Part shown: piece by piece, positions 1 through 8,767 of the stretch
How positions within the stretch are numbered: the stretch's first letter is position 1
Layout: each line of letters begins with the position of its first letter
NCBI GenBank assembly: GCA_024275095.1
Contig: JAJRZV010000069.1
Span: forward strand, 1-41,456
Source of the DNA: a bacterium
GTDB taxonomy: Bacteria; JAJRZV01
DNA: 41,456 nucleotides
Reading direction: 5' to 3'
Notes under the pieces: model-generated
What the model was told of the DNA's origin: nothing
Seen by the model: the letters and a program-made list of their open reading frames with translations, nothing else
The model's database searches: none
Made by a program: the position numbers and the translations under genes

Positions 1-1
1 C

Positions 2-1387
2 ACCAAGGGGATAGAGGCCATTAATGAGCACCAATGGGAAAAGGCTCTTGAATATTTTTCTGAAGCAGAGAAGTATTCTCCGAAGGATCCTGATGTATTG
101 TTTTACAAGGGCGTGGTGCTGGAAAGTCTCGATCGTACAGTAGAAGCGGCGGAATATTACAGAAAGGCTCTGGGTGTTTCACCTGAAAATGTTGACATTA
201 TCGCTGCGCTCATGCGCGTTCTCTTGCGTCTGAAAAAGCCCGGTGAAGTTGTTAAACTAAAAGCACGGGGCAAGGAGAGTTTTCTTTACAAAGGCATTGC
301 ACTGGTAAAGTTAGGAAAATACAAACACGCGATTCGTTTCTTAGAAAAGGTAAAGTTTACTGATAAAGATTTGGAAACGCTTAGGCTTTACTGGCTGGCT
401 CTTGCATATGGTAAAGAAGGACAAACGGAGAAAGCAGGAATTATATTTCAGACGGCAAGGGAGCTGGAAGGAGTTCCCCTGCAGCCTTACCCACGGGAAA
501 AGAAACGTCGCATGCAGGCGCGTGTGTCAATATCCTATGAGTTTGACTCAAATCCGCGTTTGTTACCGGAGGACCGTGCTGCAGGTGAAAAAGGCAACAG
601 AGGCGTTTTCAGGGGGGCGTTGTATGCTGATCTCATGAATTCAAAATATGTTTTAATAGGTGCAGCAGGGTCCATATACCAGACGCTTTACGAACGCAGT
701 TTGGAACGATATGAAGTATCATCTGTGTCCGGGTTTGCGGGAGCGAGTTTTTCTTTTCCACATCCATTAAACTTTCTGAGGGCGCGATTGGAGATTTCAT
801 CAACTTTTTCTACCTTCGGCAACACACCCTATGTGTTTTCCCAGAATTTTACGATTGAGGTGGCTGCTGCTGAAAGTAACTTTACTGAAAGTTTTGTGAG
901 AGCTTATGCAGCAAATTCTTTTTTTCTCAATGAAAAGCATCATTTGAGCACAGGTAGAGATACAGAGCCTATGGGTGAATGGGGTGTGGGGGCAGGCCAG
1001 CGTTTTTTCCTGGGAGGATGGCTCCTGAGCATGTTTTTGGGAGTGTCAGCCTATGACGCAAAGTCTGATATGTGGGATTATTACACGGGACGTACAGATT
1101 TACTGATTTTTAATGATGCATCTTTTTCTTTGAAAAGTCCGCGCATTTACGGTTTTTCAATATACACGGGTACACGGTATGAATACAGGGATTACATTCA
1201 CCAGGATGCAGAAACGTCCGGTATGCGTCGTAAAGACAGGCGCTGGACAACGTGGTTGATTGTATCTCGAGAGCTTCCTTTTTCTTTAAGCGTGTTCATT
1301 CGAGGGTTTTATGAGCAAAACAACTCTATTCCACTTTACACATACAAGAGATTTACCGGTGGGGTCGGGCTTGAGTACCGGTTTTAA
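2..1387 (+). CDS. TPR-repeat outer-membrane beta-barrel protein (Slam/DUF560-like), 5'-truncated by the window edge
   Basis: The frame is open from base 2 (TKGIEAINEHQWEKALEYFSEAEKYSPKDPDVLFYKG...). TPR-like helical repeats are followed by VSISYEFDSN, amphipathic strands and a C-terminal ...GVGLEYRF barrel signature. Confidence 0.75.
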   Translation, partial: TKGIEAINEHQWEKALEYFSEAEKYSPKDPDVLFYKGVVLESLDRTVEAAEYYRKALGVSPENVDIIAALMRVLLRLKKPGEVVKLKARGKESFLYKGIALVKLGKYKHAIRFLEKVKFTDKDLETLRLYWLALAYGKEGQTEKAGIIFQTARELEGVPLQPYPREKKRRMQARVSISYEFDSNPRLLPEDRAAGEKGNRGVFRGALYADLMNSKYVLIGAAGSIYQTLYERSLERYEVSSVSGFAGASFSFPHPLNFLRARLEISSTFSTFGNTPYVFSQNFTIEVAAAESNFTESFVRAYAANSFFLNEKHHLSTGRDTEPMGEWGVGAGQRFFLGGWLLSMFLGVSAYDAKSDMWDYYTGRTDLLIFNDASFSLKSPRIYGFSIYTGTRYEYRDYIHQDAETSGMRRKDRRWTTWLIVSRELPFSLSVFIRGFYEQNNSIPLYTYKRFTGGVGLEYRF

Positions 1388-1388
1388 T

Positions 1389-1438
1389 TTGTGTCAACAA
1401 TTTGACACAACATATCCTTTTGTGTTTATTCTTTGACA
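1389..1438. promoter_or_regulatory. Tandem enhancer-like sites (candidate sigma54-activator UAS)
   Basis: Perfect inverted repeat TTGTGTCAA-caat-TTGACACAA (1389-1410). A second copy of the core TTGTGT-N6-TTTGACA lies at 1420-1438, 31 bp downstream. Confidence 0.6.
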
Positions 1439-1469
1439 ACAAGATGGGCGAAGTTGTTGCACGGTTTGT

Positions 1470-1482
1470 TAAGTCTTTGATT
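1470..1482 (-). promoter_or_regulatory. IHF binding site
   Basis: TAAGTCTTTGATT is the exact reverse complement of the consensus WATCAANNNNTTR. It lies between the UAS and the -24/-12 element. Confidence 0.6.
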
Positions 1483-1519
1483 TTCAATAAAAATATTTTG
1501 ATGTCCGTGAAGCCCTGGT

Positions 1520-1535
1520 TGGCATGTTTATTGAT
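1520..1535 (+). promoter_or_regulatory. sigma54 (RpoN) -24/-12 promoter, GA variant at -12
   Basis: TGGCATGTTTATTGAT versus consensus TGGCACG-N4-TTGCW. It lies about 50 bp upstream of the FecR ATG, which has an SD (GGAGG). Confidence 0.6.
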
Positions 1536-1583
1536 TGTTTTATCTGGAAAGCGAGGAGGCTTGTTTGGAAGGGAGGTGGAAGG

Positions 1584-2492
1584 ATGAAAAAGTGGGTGCC
1601 CGTTTGCACGGCAATGTTGTTTGCCATTGCATCGCAGGGTATATGCTCAATAGGTAAAATTGCGGGTTTGGAAGGTAGGGTGTGGATTGTAAGAGCTGGA
1701 CAGACCATACCTGCTCGCTTATCTATGCGGGTAGAACAAGGGGATGAAATTCGTACAGGTGAAAATGGAAAGTGCAAGGTGCTCTTCAATGACGATACAC
1801 TTTTGAAAATAGGTGAAAGCAGCGCTGTAGACCTTACTAAATATGTGGTAAAGCCTGCAGAAGATACACGTGTTTCCACTCTGAAACTTCTTTTCGGTCG
1901 TGTGAGAGCCGTGATTACGCGGTTCTTCAGCTCATATAATTCCCGCTTTTTTATTCAAACACCAAACGCGGTTACCGGCGTGAGAGGAACGGATTTCTTC
2001 GTCGGGTACGAAAATAACCGTACCGAGGTGTATGTGTTTGATGGAAAGGTTACAGTAGCAAATTTGCTCGGCGAGGCCAAAAGGGAAATTGTACTGACTT
2101 TTGATAGCGCCACACGCATAGAAGGAGCCAACCCGCCCGTGGAGCCGTTCACGCCTTCCAGAGAGGAAATTATGTACATGAGGATAGGAGGTAAGGTGTT
2201 TCAGGAAGGTAGGCTTCCTCTGAATCGGCTTAGGGACGCGTTTATCCAGCTGGCAAAAAAGGCTTCACTCAACGAAGCCTGGAAACTCGTATCTTCACAA
2301 GCCATTGAGAAGTCAAAACCGAGAAGAAAGGGTGGAAAAGGTATTACACCAGGAGAGCGGTTTCGAAGAAATGGTGGGTTCCATGAAACTCCTTTCTTTG
2401 AAAATATGGAAACGCGTCCAATGCCCATACCTCAGGAAGTGGATAGGGTGGGTGTAAGGGTAAAGGTTTATCATCCTGTGGATGCAAGATAG
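1584..2492 (+). CDS. Exported FecR-domain protein
   Basis: Start reset to ATG 1584 (SD gggaggtgg). Signal peptide; FecR-domain motifs GDEIRTGENG, FNDDTLLKIGESS and TPNAVTGVRGTDF. Confidence 0.85.
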   Translation: MKKWVPVCTAMLFAIASQGICSIGKIAGLEGRVWIVRAGQTIPARLSMRVEQGDEIRTGENGKCKVLFNDDTLLKIGESSAVDLTKYVVKPAEDTRVSTLKLLFGRVRAVITRFFSSYNSRFFIQTPNAVTGVRGTDFFVGYENNRTEVYVFDGKVTVANLLGEAKREIVLTFDSATRIEGANPPVEPFTPSREEIMYMRIGGKVFQEGRLPLNRLRDAFIQLAKKASLNEAWKLVSSQAIEKSKPRRKGGKGITPGERFRRNGGFHETPFFENMETRPMPIPQEVDRVGVRVKVYHPVDAR

Positions 2493-2504
2493 GGAGGTGG
2501 GGCT

Positions 2505-4241
2505 ATGCGGGTTCATAAAGCGTTGATTATATTATCCGGGATGATATTGATAATAGCCGGTGTTTCATGCGTGCCTCAGCCAGGAGAAAAACCCGTGGAG
2601 CGCGTCAGTATCGGTATTGACCGGGCTCCAGTAAACTCAGAGGATGGAGGAGAGACCAGTGCCAGTTTTTATAATCTTGTAAGTAGCCCCGGTGGATCCG
2701 AGTGGCTGGATATTGCCACCTCGCTTCAGGTGTCAGGACCGGACATTCAGCTGATTCGGATTACACAACGTGGTTTTGTACCAGCATTTGAGTTGGAAGT
2801 GCCCATTGGTTCCGAGCGGAGGTTTCAGGTGGATTTATTCGCGGATGATCCTGCTACCCAGTGCCCGGTGGATCTGTTTTCTACCTCGACCGAGGTGAAT
2901 CTTTTGCAGGTACAGGAGGTGGAACTCCGCTTGCCCCCTTCTCCAGCTCCGGCAGTGGTCGTTAATGGACGTGTCCACACTCAGGGAGAAAACCCCCGGC
3001 CCGTCTCCGGAGCGAAACTTCTTCTCCATGACATCATCGCTGATGTGGACATGCCACTTCCCCCGGCACTGGCAGTTTCTGGTGCTGATGGCTTGTTTGC
3101 CATACCGTGTGTGCCCGCAGGAAGAAAGTACATTCTGACTGCACTGGATTTCTCCACAAATATGGGAGGAGTCACTCGTTTCGACACCATCGCAGGCGAG
3201 GGAGTGTTTGTTGATGTTGAGTTAAACATGAGCATTGAGGAGGCTCTCGCGAGCAGTCAGAACGGAGGTGAAGAAACAAGCACTTCGTCTCCAGATGAGA
3301 ATAATACGGTTACAACAAGCGAGGGGACCTTTACCGTGTCCCTGGATGTAAAGCCATCTTCTGGAAATGTTTATGATGTGGGAGTGCCGTTTGATATTTC
3401 CCTGACCGTTAAGGATGACAATGGCAATATAGCCAGCATTAACGCAGTCGCTGATTTGAGCGCCTCCGTGGACGCAGAACTTTCACAAACCACCGTAAAC
3501 ATAATAAATGGTCGAGCGCTGGTGTCCCCGGGAGTGATCTTCCACAGAGGTGGTAGCGGATGTGTGTACGCTACGTTGACGTCTTCTAACGGCGAAGACC
3601 TCGGTGAAGTGAGCAAGTGCATTGATCTTGGAGATGTGCCGGAGAATATAACCCTGAGCAGTACATTTTATCAGGGCGAGCTTCTAATTGGGGCAGAAGG
3701 AGTAACTTCTGCGCTCGCTGAAGAACCTTTAACGGCACAAGTTTCGTTTAACGGACCTAACTCGAGGTTTGTTGGGGGCATTTCTATCCATGTTTATAAT
3801 GTTACTGCTACGCTTCAAGAGCTTTCTCTTTCCTTCGTAGAAAAGGTAAATGCTTCTCGTATGGAAGACGCCAACTCTGGCCGGATGGAATGGCTCGATG
3901 TACCTCTTGCAGGAGTGACCGTCTATGTGAATGGAGTATCGAACGGTGTATCGTTTGAAGAATATGCAAAAATTACTGATGGACACATTTTCATTCACTT
4001 CATTCAGGACGTAAATACGGGGGAATTGACTGCCAAAGGAACTATATGGCTGAAGGTGTTTTCAATAGCCCTTAACGGTGAAATTCAAATTACATGTCAG
4101 GAAGGGTACTGTCAGCCCGATGTGGGTGGTGTGGACCTTCTTGGAAATTATTCAGCGTCTTTTGTGTTTGGGTCAGGGACTACATCCTCGTCAGGCGGTT
4201 CTACTGATGCTACCGGTACAACGCCTGCTGCGGGGTGGTAG
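2505..4241 (+). CDS. Large acidic lipoprotein with carboxypeptidase-regulatory-like/Ig-like beta-sandwich domains
   Basis: SD GGAGG; lipobox IAGVSC; VNGRVH...PVSGAKL...SGADGLFAIPCVPAG resembles a CarboxypepD_reg-like domain; Ser/Thr-rich linkers. Confidence 0.65.
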   Translation: MRVHKALIILSGMILIIAGVSCVPQPGEKPVERVSIGIDRAPVNSEDGGETSASFYNLVSSPGGSEWLDIATSLQVSGPDIQLIRITQRGFVPAFELEVPIGSERRFQVDLFADDPATQCPVDLFSTSTEVNLLQVQEVELRLPPSPAPAVVVNGRVHTQGENPRPVSGAKLLLHDIIADVDMPLPPALAVSGADGLFAIPCVPAGRKYILTALDFSTNMGGVTRFDTIAGEGVFVDVELNMSIEEALASSQNGGEETSTSSPDENNTVTTSEGTFTVSLDVKPSSGNVYDVGVPFDISLTVKDDNGNIASINAVADLSASVDAELSQTTVNIINGRALVSPGVIFHRGGSGCVYATLTSSNGEDLGEVSKCIDLGDVPENITLSSTFYQGELLIGAEGVTSALAEEPLTAQVSFNGPNSRFVGGISIHVYNVTATLQELSLSFVEKVNASRMEDANSGRMEWLDVPLAGVTVYVNGVSNGVSFEEYAKITDGHIFIHFIQDVNTGELTAKGTIWLKVFSIALNGEIQITCQEGYCQPDVGGVDLLGNYSASFVFGSGTTSSSGGSTDATGTTPAAGW

Positions 4242-4257
4242 ATAAAAATGCATGTGA

Positions 4258-4758
4258 TCAATAGTAATAGTAATCTGGTGATGGAGCAAAGAACGCTCCA
4301 AAAAAACCCAGAGCGAATGAAACCATCCAGTAAAGTAAGCCCATTACCGCCATAGCAATCGCCAGATACCCCACCCACTCCTTGCCCTCCCGGCCTGCGG
4401 GCAATGACCCGTCCGCAGCCGGGAGCTTATTTAATGCGATAAGAATAAGATCTATAATGGCCCATAGACCCAGACCACCCAGTGTTACCAATTTCAATAT
4501 CCCCAAAAATGTATAGCCTAAGTAAAATCGATCAATACCCAAACCTCCGAGAAACCATGAAAGCAGAAGTGCAACAAGCCATTCTTTACGTTCCCCGGTT
4601 GGGAGGTGTGATGGTGCGGAAGGGGCTGGATGGAAAGGGGACGGATGCGGTGGAGTATGCTCATGAACAGAGGCATCCTGTGAAGGCACAGGGGTTCCAC
4701 AGGCAGGACAAAATCGTGCTTCCGATGGAATCGCTTTGCCGCATTTGATGCAGTACAT
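4258..4758 (-). CDS. Zinc-ribbon + TM2-domain membrane protein
   Basis: MYCIKCG...FCPACG zinc ribbon, Pro-rich linker, TM2 motif ALLLSWFLGGLGIDRFYLG...LGGLGLWAIIDLILI. Confidence 0.9.
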   Translation of the reverse strand: MYCIKCGKAIPSEARFCPACGTPVPSQDASVHEHTPPHPSPFHPAPSAPSHLPTGERKEWLVALLLSWFLGGLGIDRFYLGYTFLGILKLVTLGGLGLWAIIDLILIALNKLPAADGSLPAGREGKEWVGYLAIAMAVMGLLYWMVSFALGFFGAFFAPSPDYYYY

Positions 4759-4764
4759 GGAAAA

Positions 4765-4793
4765 AACATAACGAAAATTTCAGGTGCTTTCAA
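4765..4793 (-). promoter_or_regulatory. sigma70-type promoter, probably leaderless transcript
   Basis: Minus strand TTGAAA-N17-TATGTT-N6-ATG(4758), with no SD. Confidence 0.5.
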
Positions 4794-4925
4794 AGAATTT
4801 TTTATTTATGAGGAAGAACGCAAAAAAGGCAAAGGCATAAAAACGGAAAATTACTAACAATTTCGTGTTTGTGAGTATCAGCTTGAAAACCTGTAAGGAT
4901 TGACTTTTTGCTGTGGAATCAGGTT

Positions 4926-6542
4926 TTAGAGATTTCGCAGTTCTCTTTTCAATATCTTGCCCGAGGGTGTCATCGGCAGCTCTGTTACGAACGCCCATTC
5001 CCTGGGGATTTTATAACCTGCAATGTGGTTTCTGAGGAATTTTTCCAGTTCTTCTTGGGATACTGTTTTTCCCTCTCTCAGTACGATGAATGCTTTAACC
5101 CTTTCTCCCCACCTCTCGTCTGGAACACCAATAACTGCCGCTGCTTTAACAGCATGGTGTTTGAGAAGGGCATTCTCGATTTCGGCAGGATATATGTTGA
5201 CTCCTCCGCTGATGATCATATCCTTTTTGCGGTCCATGATGTACAGGTAACCTTCTTCATCGAGGGTACCAACGTCCCCTACGGATAAATACTCTCCTGC
5301 CATGGCCTCACGAGTTTCTTCTTCTCGTTTGTGATAGCCGTTCATGAGAAAAGGGGTTGTTATGAATATTTCGCCAGCTTCACCTGGTGGAAGTTCACGC
5401 TTGTTTTCATCAAGGATTTTTATCGCATTGTATGGAAATACTTTGCCTACAGAATGTGATTTCTTCGGAATATCGCAAGGCCTAAGAACGGTGTTAATAC
5501 CTGTTTCGGTGGCTCCGTAAAATTCGTAAAGTACAGGACCAACCTTTTCAACGAATTTTTCTTTTAAATGAGGACTCAGCGGTGCAGCTGCACAGATAAC
5601 GCATCTGAGCACGTTTCCGGAAAGCAACTTTTCATCCCTTTCTAGTGAATCCAGAACATCAATGAGCATAAACGGGACAATAAAAGTTGATGTGACATTG
5701 TGCTTTGTAACTGCTTCGAAAAACATTTCCGAGCGAAAGCGTGGAAGTATGACAAGAGTGGCTCCGAGCACAAGGTTGAGCTGCATGAAAAAGAGTGGGG
5801 CACTGTGGTAGAGAGGACATACCACCAGGTGTACGTCATCACCTCTGAGGCCGAACTCGTAGGCCACGGATGAGACGAAGAGCATGGTGGTGCGTGGTGA
5901 TATGGAACGTCGTGCCCCCTTGGGTTGCCCCGTGGTGCCTGATGTATATACCAGAACTTCAGAATCACCGGCAGGTGGCTCCCACCTTCCGGCTTCACCC
6001 ATGCTCAGGGCGTCTTCGTAGGGCACCCCATTTCCCCTACTACCGCCCATCACAATGAAATTCCGAAATGCAATTCCGCTTTTTTTTATTTCTTCCGCAA
6101 CTTCCTCATGACATACGACATCCTTACACTCCGCATCTTCGAAGATATACCGCAACTCTCCTGCTTTCAGGCGCCAGTTGACAGGGATGATGGAAAGTTT
6201 TGCAAGACTGGTTGCTGTCCATACTTCTGGAATTTCGGGTGCATTGGGTGTAACGAGAGCTAATTTGTCACCGGGCTTCATTCCTGATGTAGTGAAATAC
6301 TGGGCCAGCGCCTGCGAACGCTGAAAAAGGTCTCTGTATGATCTCGTGTTTTCCCCCCATACAACGGCAACTTTATCGGGTTGATTGATGGCGTGGCGCC
6401 GGATAATTCCTGCGATCCCTTCACTTTTTTTGAAGACAAGGCGCTTGAAAAGGTCGACGGCAATATCGCGTTTTTTTATACGTGCTTCTTTTATGAGGTA
6501 GCCAATGGTTTTCAGGGCATAACGTGCTCCTGGATTGCTCAC
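4926..6542 (-). CDS. Acyl-CoA synthetase / AMP-binding (ANL) enzyme
   Basis: Motifs YTSGTTGQPKG, FYGATE, GDVG...DRKKDMIISGGVNIYPAEIE and PSGKILKRELR. Confidence 0.93.
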   Translation of the reverse strand: MSNPGARYALKTIGYLIKEARIKKRDIAVDLFKRLVFKKSEGIAGIIRRHAINQPDKVAVVWGENTRSYRDLFQRSQALAQYFTTSGMKPGDKLALVTPNAPEIPEVWTATSLAKLSIIPVNWRLKAGELRYIFEDAECKDVVCHEEVAEEIKKSGIAFRNFIVMGGSRGNGVPYEDALSMGEAGRWEPPAGDSEVLVYTSGTTGQPKGARRSISPRTTMLFVSSVAYEFGLRGDDVHLVVCPLYHSAPLFFMQLNLVLGATLVILPRFRSEMFFEAVTKHNVTSTFIVPFMLIDVLDSLERDEKLLSGNVLRCVICAAAPLSPHLKEKFVEKVGPVLYEFYGATETGINTVLRPCDIPKKSHSVGKVFPYNAIKILDENKRELPPGEAGEIFITTPFLMNGYHKREEETREAMAGEYLSVGDVGTLDEEGYLYIMDRKKDMIISGGVNIYPAEIENALLKHHAVKAAAVIGVPDERWGERVKAFIVLREGKTVSQEELEKFLRNHIAGYKIPREWAFVTELPMTPSGKILKRELRNL

Positions 6543-7531
6543 CGGTTCACCTCCTTAGACTCGAGAATACTTGTGTAAAATTCTTCTTCTTTTTCAGCTA
6601 TTGCCCCGAGCAAGATGCCTGCTTCATCGAATCCGTAGGGTTCAGGACTCTCGCTGATTTCTTTGAGTAGCATGGCGAGACGACTCCACAGCCTTGCACT
6701 TTCAGCCATAAGGAAAGACATTTTGTGTGTAATAATGTCGGGAAAACTTTTTCTTACTTCTCTTAAAAACTCAGCGTACATGATCCGAAATCCTCCACCC
6801 CCGGTGCCGCGGCGTTCAATCACCTGGTACGCAAACCTGGCACACCATTTCCAGTCGTGAGCTCCGGCCCACTCCGGGAATTTGCTCGCAAGGAGTTTCA
6901 TACGTTCTATGGGAGGATCACCAATCCCTGCCGAGAGCATATCACGGGCCTGCGTGAGAAGGCTCTTTTTTATCGCCTTTTCCATATCTATGCGTTCCGG
7001 CCGTAATACAGGAGCATAATTGTGATCAATATAAAAGGGTGGAGTAGAGGATGACCAGGCCTTTTCCAGCGAGTCATATGAAAGCTCCAGCAGACCCGGC
7101 CAGGTTGTGTCGCTGACGAATACTACTTCGCGTTTATCGTCGAATCCCCACACGGTGATTACGTGACCTGCGAAGTGGGTTTGGGATTGGTAATAGTCAA
7201 TGTAGAATATATCAGTCTGGAGGATGGCAGGTATGTTACGAACAATATGCTTTTTTAGGGAGTCCAGAGCGGCAGGGTCACCAATTCTCCACGAGAAAGG
7301 TGCCTCGATACTGTTGAAAAATTCTCTCTCCAGCCCGGCACTTCTCACCATGATAGAATGTGAAGGTGATGCTTCGGGGTTGTGAAAATAGAAGAAACCA
7401 AGGCCTGCGCCCAACCCGAAGCACGATGCTTCGCTTACAGGATATCCATAGTATTCCATGATGTCACGTATTGCGGAGGATGCACAGTGTCGCCCCGGCT
7501 GGTGAACCCATTGTGTGATAAGATAACTCAC
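6539..7531 (-). CDS. BtrH-like (BtrH_N + DUF4872) Cys-His acyltransferase/peptidase-fold protein
   Basis: HQPGRHCASSAI, SEASCFGLGAGLGFFY, HFAGHVITVWGFD and ERRGTGGGGFRIMYAEFL, as I recall them for this family. 4-bp overlap with the ligase gene. Confidence 0.8.
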   Translation of the reverse strand: MSYLITQWVHQPGRHCASSAIRDIMEYYGYPVSEASCFGLGAGLGFFYFHNPEASPSHSIMVRSAGLEREFFNSIEAPFSWRIGDPAALDSLKKHIVRNIPAILQTDIFYIDYYQSQTHFAGHVITVWGFDDKREVVFVSDTTWPGLLELSYDSLEKAWSSSTPPFYIDHNYAPVLRPERIDMEKAIKKSLLTQARDMLSAGIGDPPIERMKLLASKFPEWAGAHDWKWCARFAYQVIERRGTGGGGFRIMYAEFLREVRKSFPDIITHKMSFLMAESARLWSRLAMLLKEISESPEPYGFDEAGILLGAIAEKEEEFYTSILESKEVNR

Positions 7532-7608
7532 AGGTAAGGATTATACATTTAAACGCAAGGTGAAAGAACTTTAACAGCCTCTGCACGAAATTTTGTGAGA
7601 ATGCTATA

Positions 7609-8409
7609 GTGATAAACATGAAAAGTGATCAGGACGTGGCAGAGACTCTTCGCAGGCTATATCTTCATTACACCAGGAAATCTTTTCTTCGCACAGACCC
7701 TGTCGTTCTTGTACACCGGTACTCCAGTCCACAGGATATTGAATGTACAGGATTTCTCGTTTCCCTTTTTTCTCTTGGTAGGATTGAGAGCATTCTCAAT
7801 TTTTGCTCATCTTTTCTGACAAGGCTCGGCAATGCTCCTTATGAGAACCTTGGTGACGGCAAGGGAATAGAAAACTTTGTGCCGGACAGGCCTTACAGGT
7901 TTTTCTCGCGCGAAGATGTGGTGGCAATTTTTCAGGCAACCTCGCAGGTTATTAGAGAGAACGGTTCTGTTGAAAGTGTTTTTCAATCTTTCTACTCTCA
8001 GACAAACAGGAATCTTAAACGCGGTACAGAGCAGTTCATGCTTTACATGAGGCAACTCGCCCGCAGGGAGTCTCACGGAATAAAAGTGGCGTTTCCGCTT
8101 CCATCAACATCTGCGTGCAAACGGTGGCTCCTGTTTTTACGCTGGATGGTAAGGAAAGACAATGTGGATTTTGGTATATGGAAGAGCGTAAACCCCTCGG
8201 AGCTTATTATCCCTCTCGACGTTCACGTGTTCAGGGCAGCACAACGTCTGGGACTGACAACCAGGAGAAGTGCCAGCTGGGCGGCAGCAGCGGAAATAAC
8301 TGAAAAACTTAAAAAAATTGACCCCACGGACCCTGTCAAGTATGATTTTGCACTCGTGAGGGTGGGTTACTTTGAGTACAGGAGGAGTGCGTATGGCAAA
8401 ACGCTCTGA
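7609..8409 (+). CDS. TIGR02757 / DUF2400 family protein (HhH-GPD-related)
   Basis: DPVVLVHRY, SACKRWLLFLRWMVRKDNVDFGIW, LIIPLDVHV and DPVKYDFAL. Confidence 0.92.
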   Translation: MINMKSDQDVAETLRRLYLHYTRKSFLRTDPVVLVHRYSSPQDIECTGFLVSLFSLGRIESILNFCSSFLTRLGNAPYENLGDGKGIENFVPDRPYRFFSREDVVAIFQATSQVIRENGSVESVFQSFYSQTNRNLKRGTEQFMLYMRQLARRESHGIKVAFPLPSTSACKRWLLFLRWMVRKDNVDFGIWKSVNPSELIIPLDVHVFRAAQRLGLTTRRSASWAAAAEITEKLKKIDPTDPVKYDFALVRVGYFEYRRSAYGKTL

Positions 8410-8764
8410 AAGGGAACAGGTTGTACACGATTGGGTTGTGGAGCAGGTGGCGGCGCACCTGGGAAAGCGCTACAGGGATATCCGTGTTAACCCGGGTAAT
8501 GAAGAAAATGCTGCGGTTGAGGGAAAGTATCCAGATGTTGTCGTTGTCAGTCACGGTGTGGCGGTTGAGGTGTACGAAGTGGAAACAGAGAGTACAGTTA
8601 ACGAGGAAGAAGCAAACCAGTGGGCAGAATTTTCAAAACTTCCGGCCAAGTGTACTGTGCTCGTACCTGCTTCACTGCTCAAAAAAGCACGCGAGCTGGT
8701 ATGGGACAAGAAAATTGCTTCCCGTATCAAGGTGGCTTCATATGAACTTCTTATTAAGGGGTAG
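8393..8764 (+). CDS. Small hypothetical protein, PD-(D/E)xK nuclease-like fold
   Basis: Start ATG 8393 after SD aggagga. Helix with H, then YPDVVV...VYEVET. Overlaps the DUF2400 gene. Confidence 0.6.
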   Translation: MAKRSEREQVVHDWVVEQVAAHLGKRYRDIRVNPGNEENAAVEGKYPDVVVVSHGVAVEVYEVETESTVNEEEANQWAEFSKLPAKCTVLVPASLLKKARELVWDKKIASRIKVASYELLIKG

Positions 8765-8767
8765 GGG

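Noticed and set aside
4261-4275. AATAGT short tandem repeat
   Set aside because: It is simply the Asp/Tyr codons at the end of the TM2 gene.
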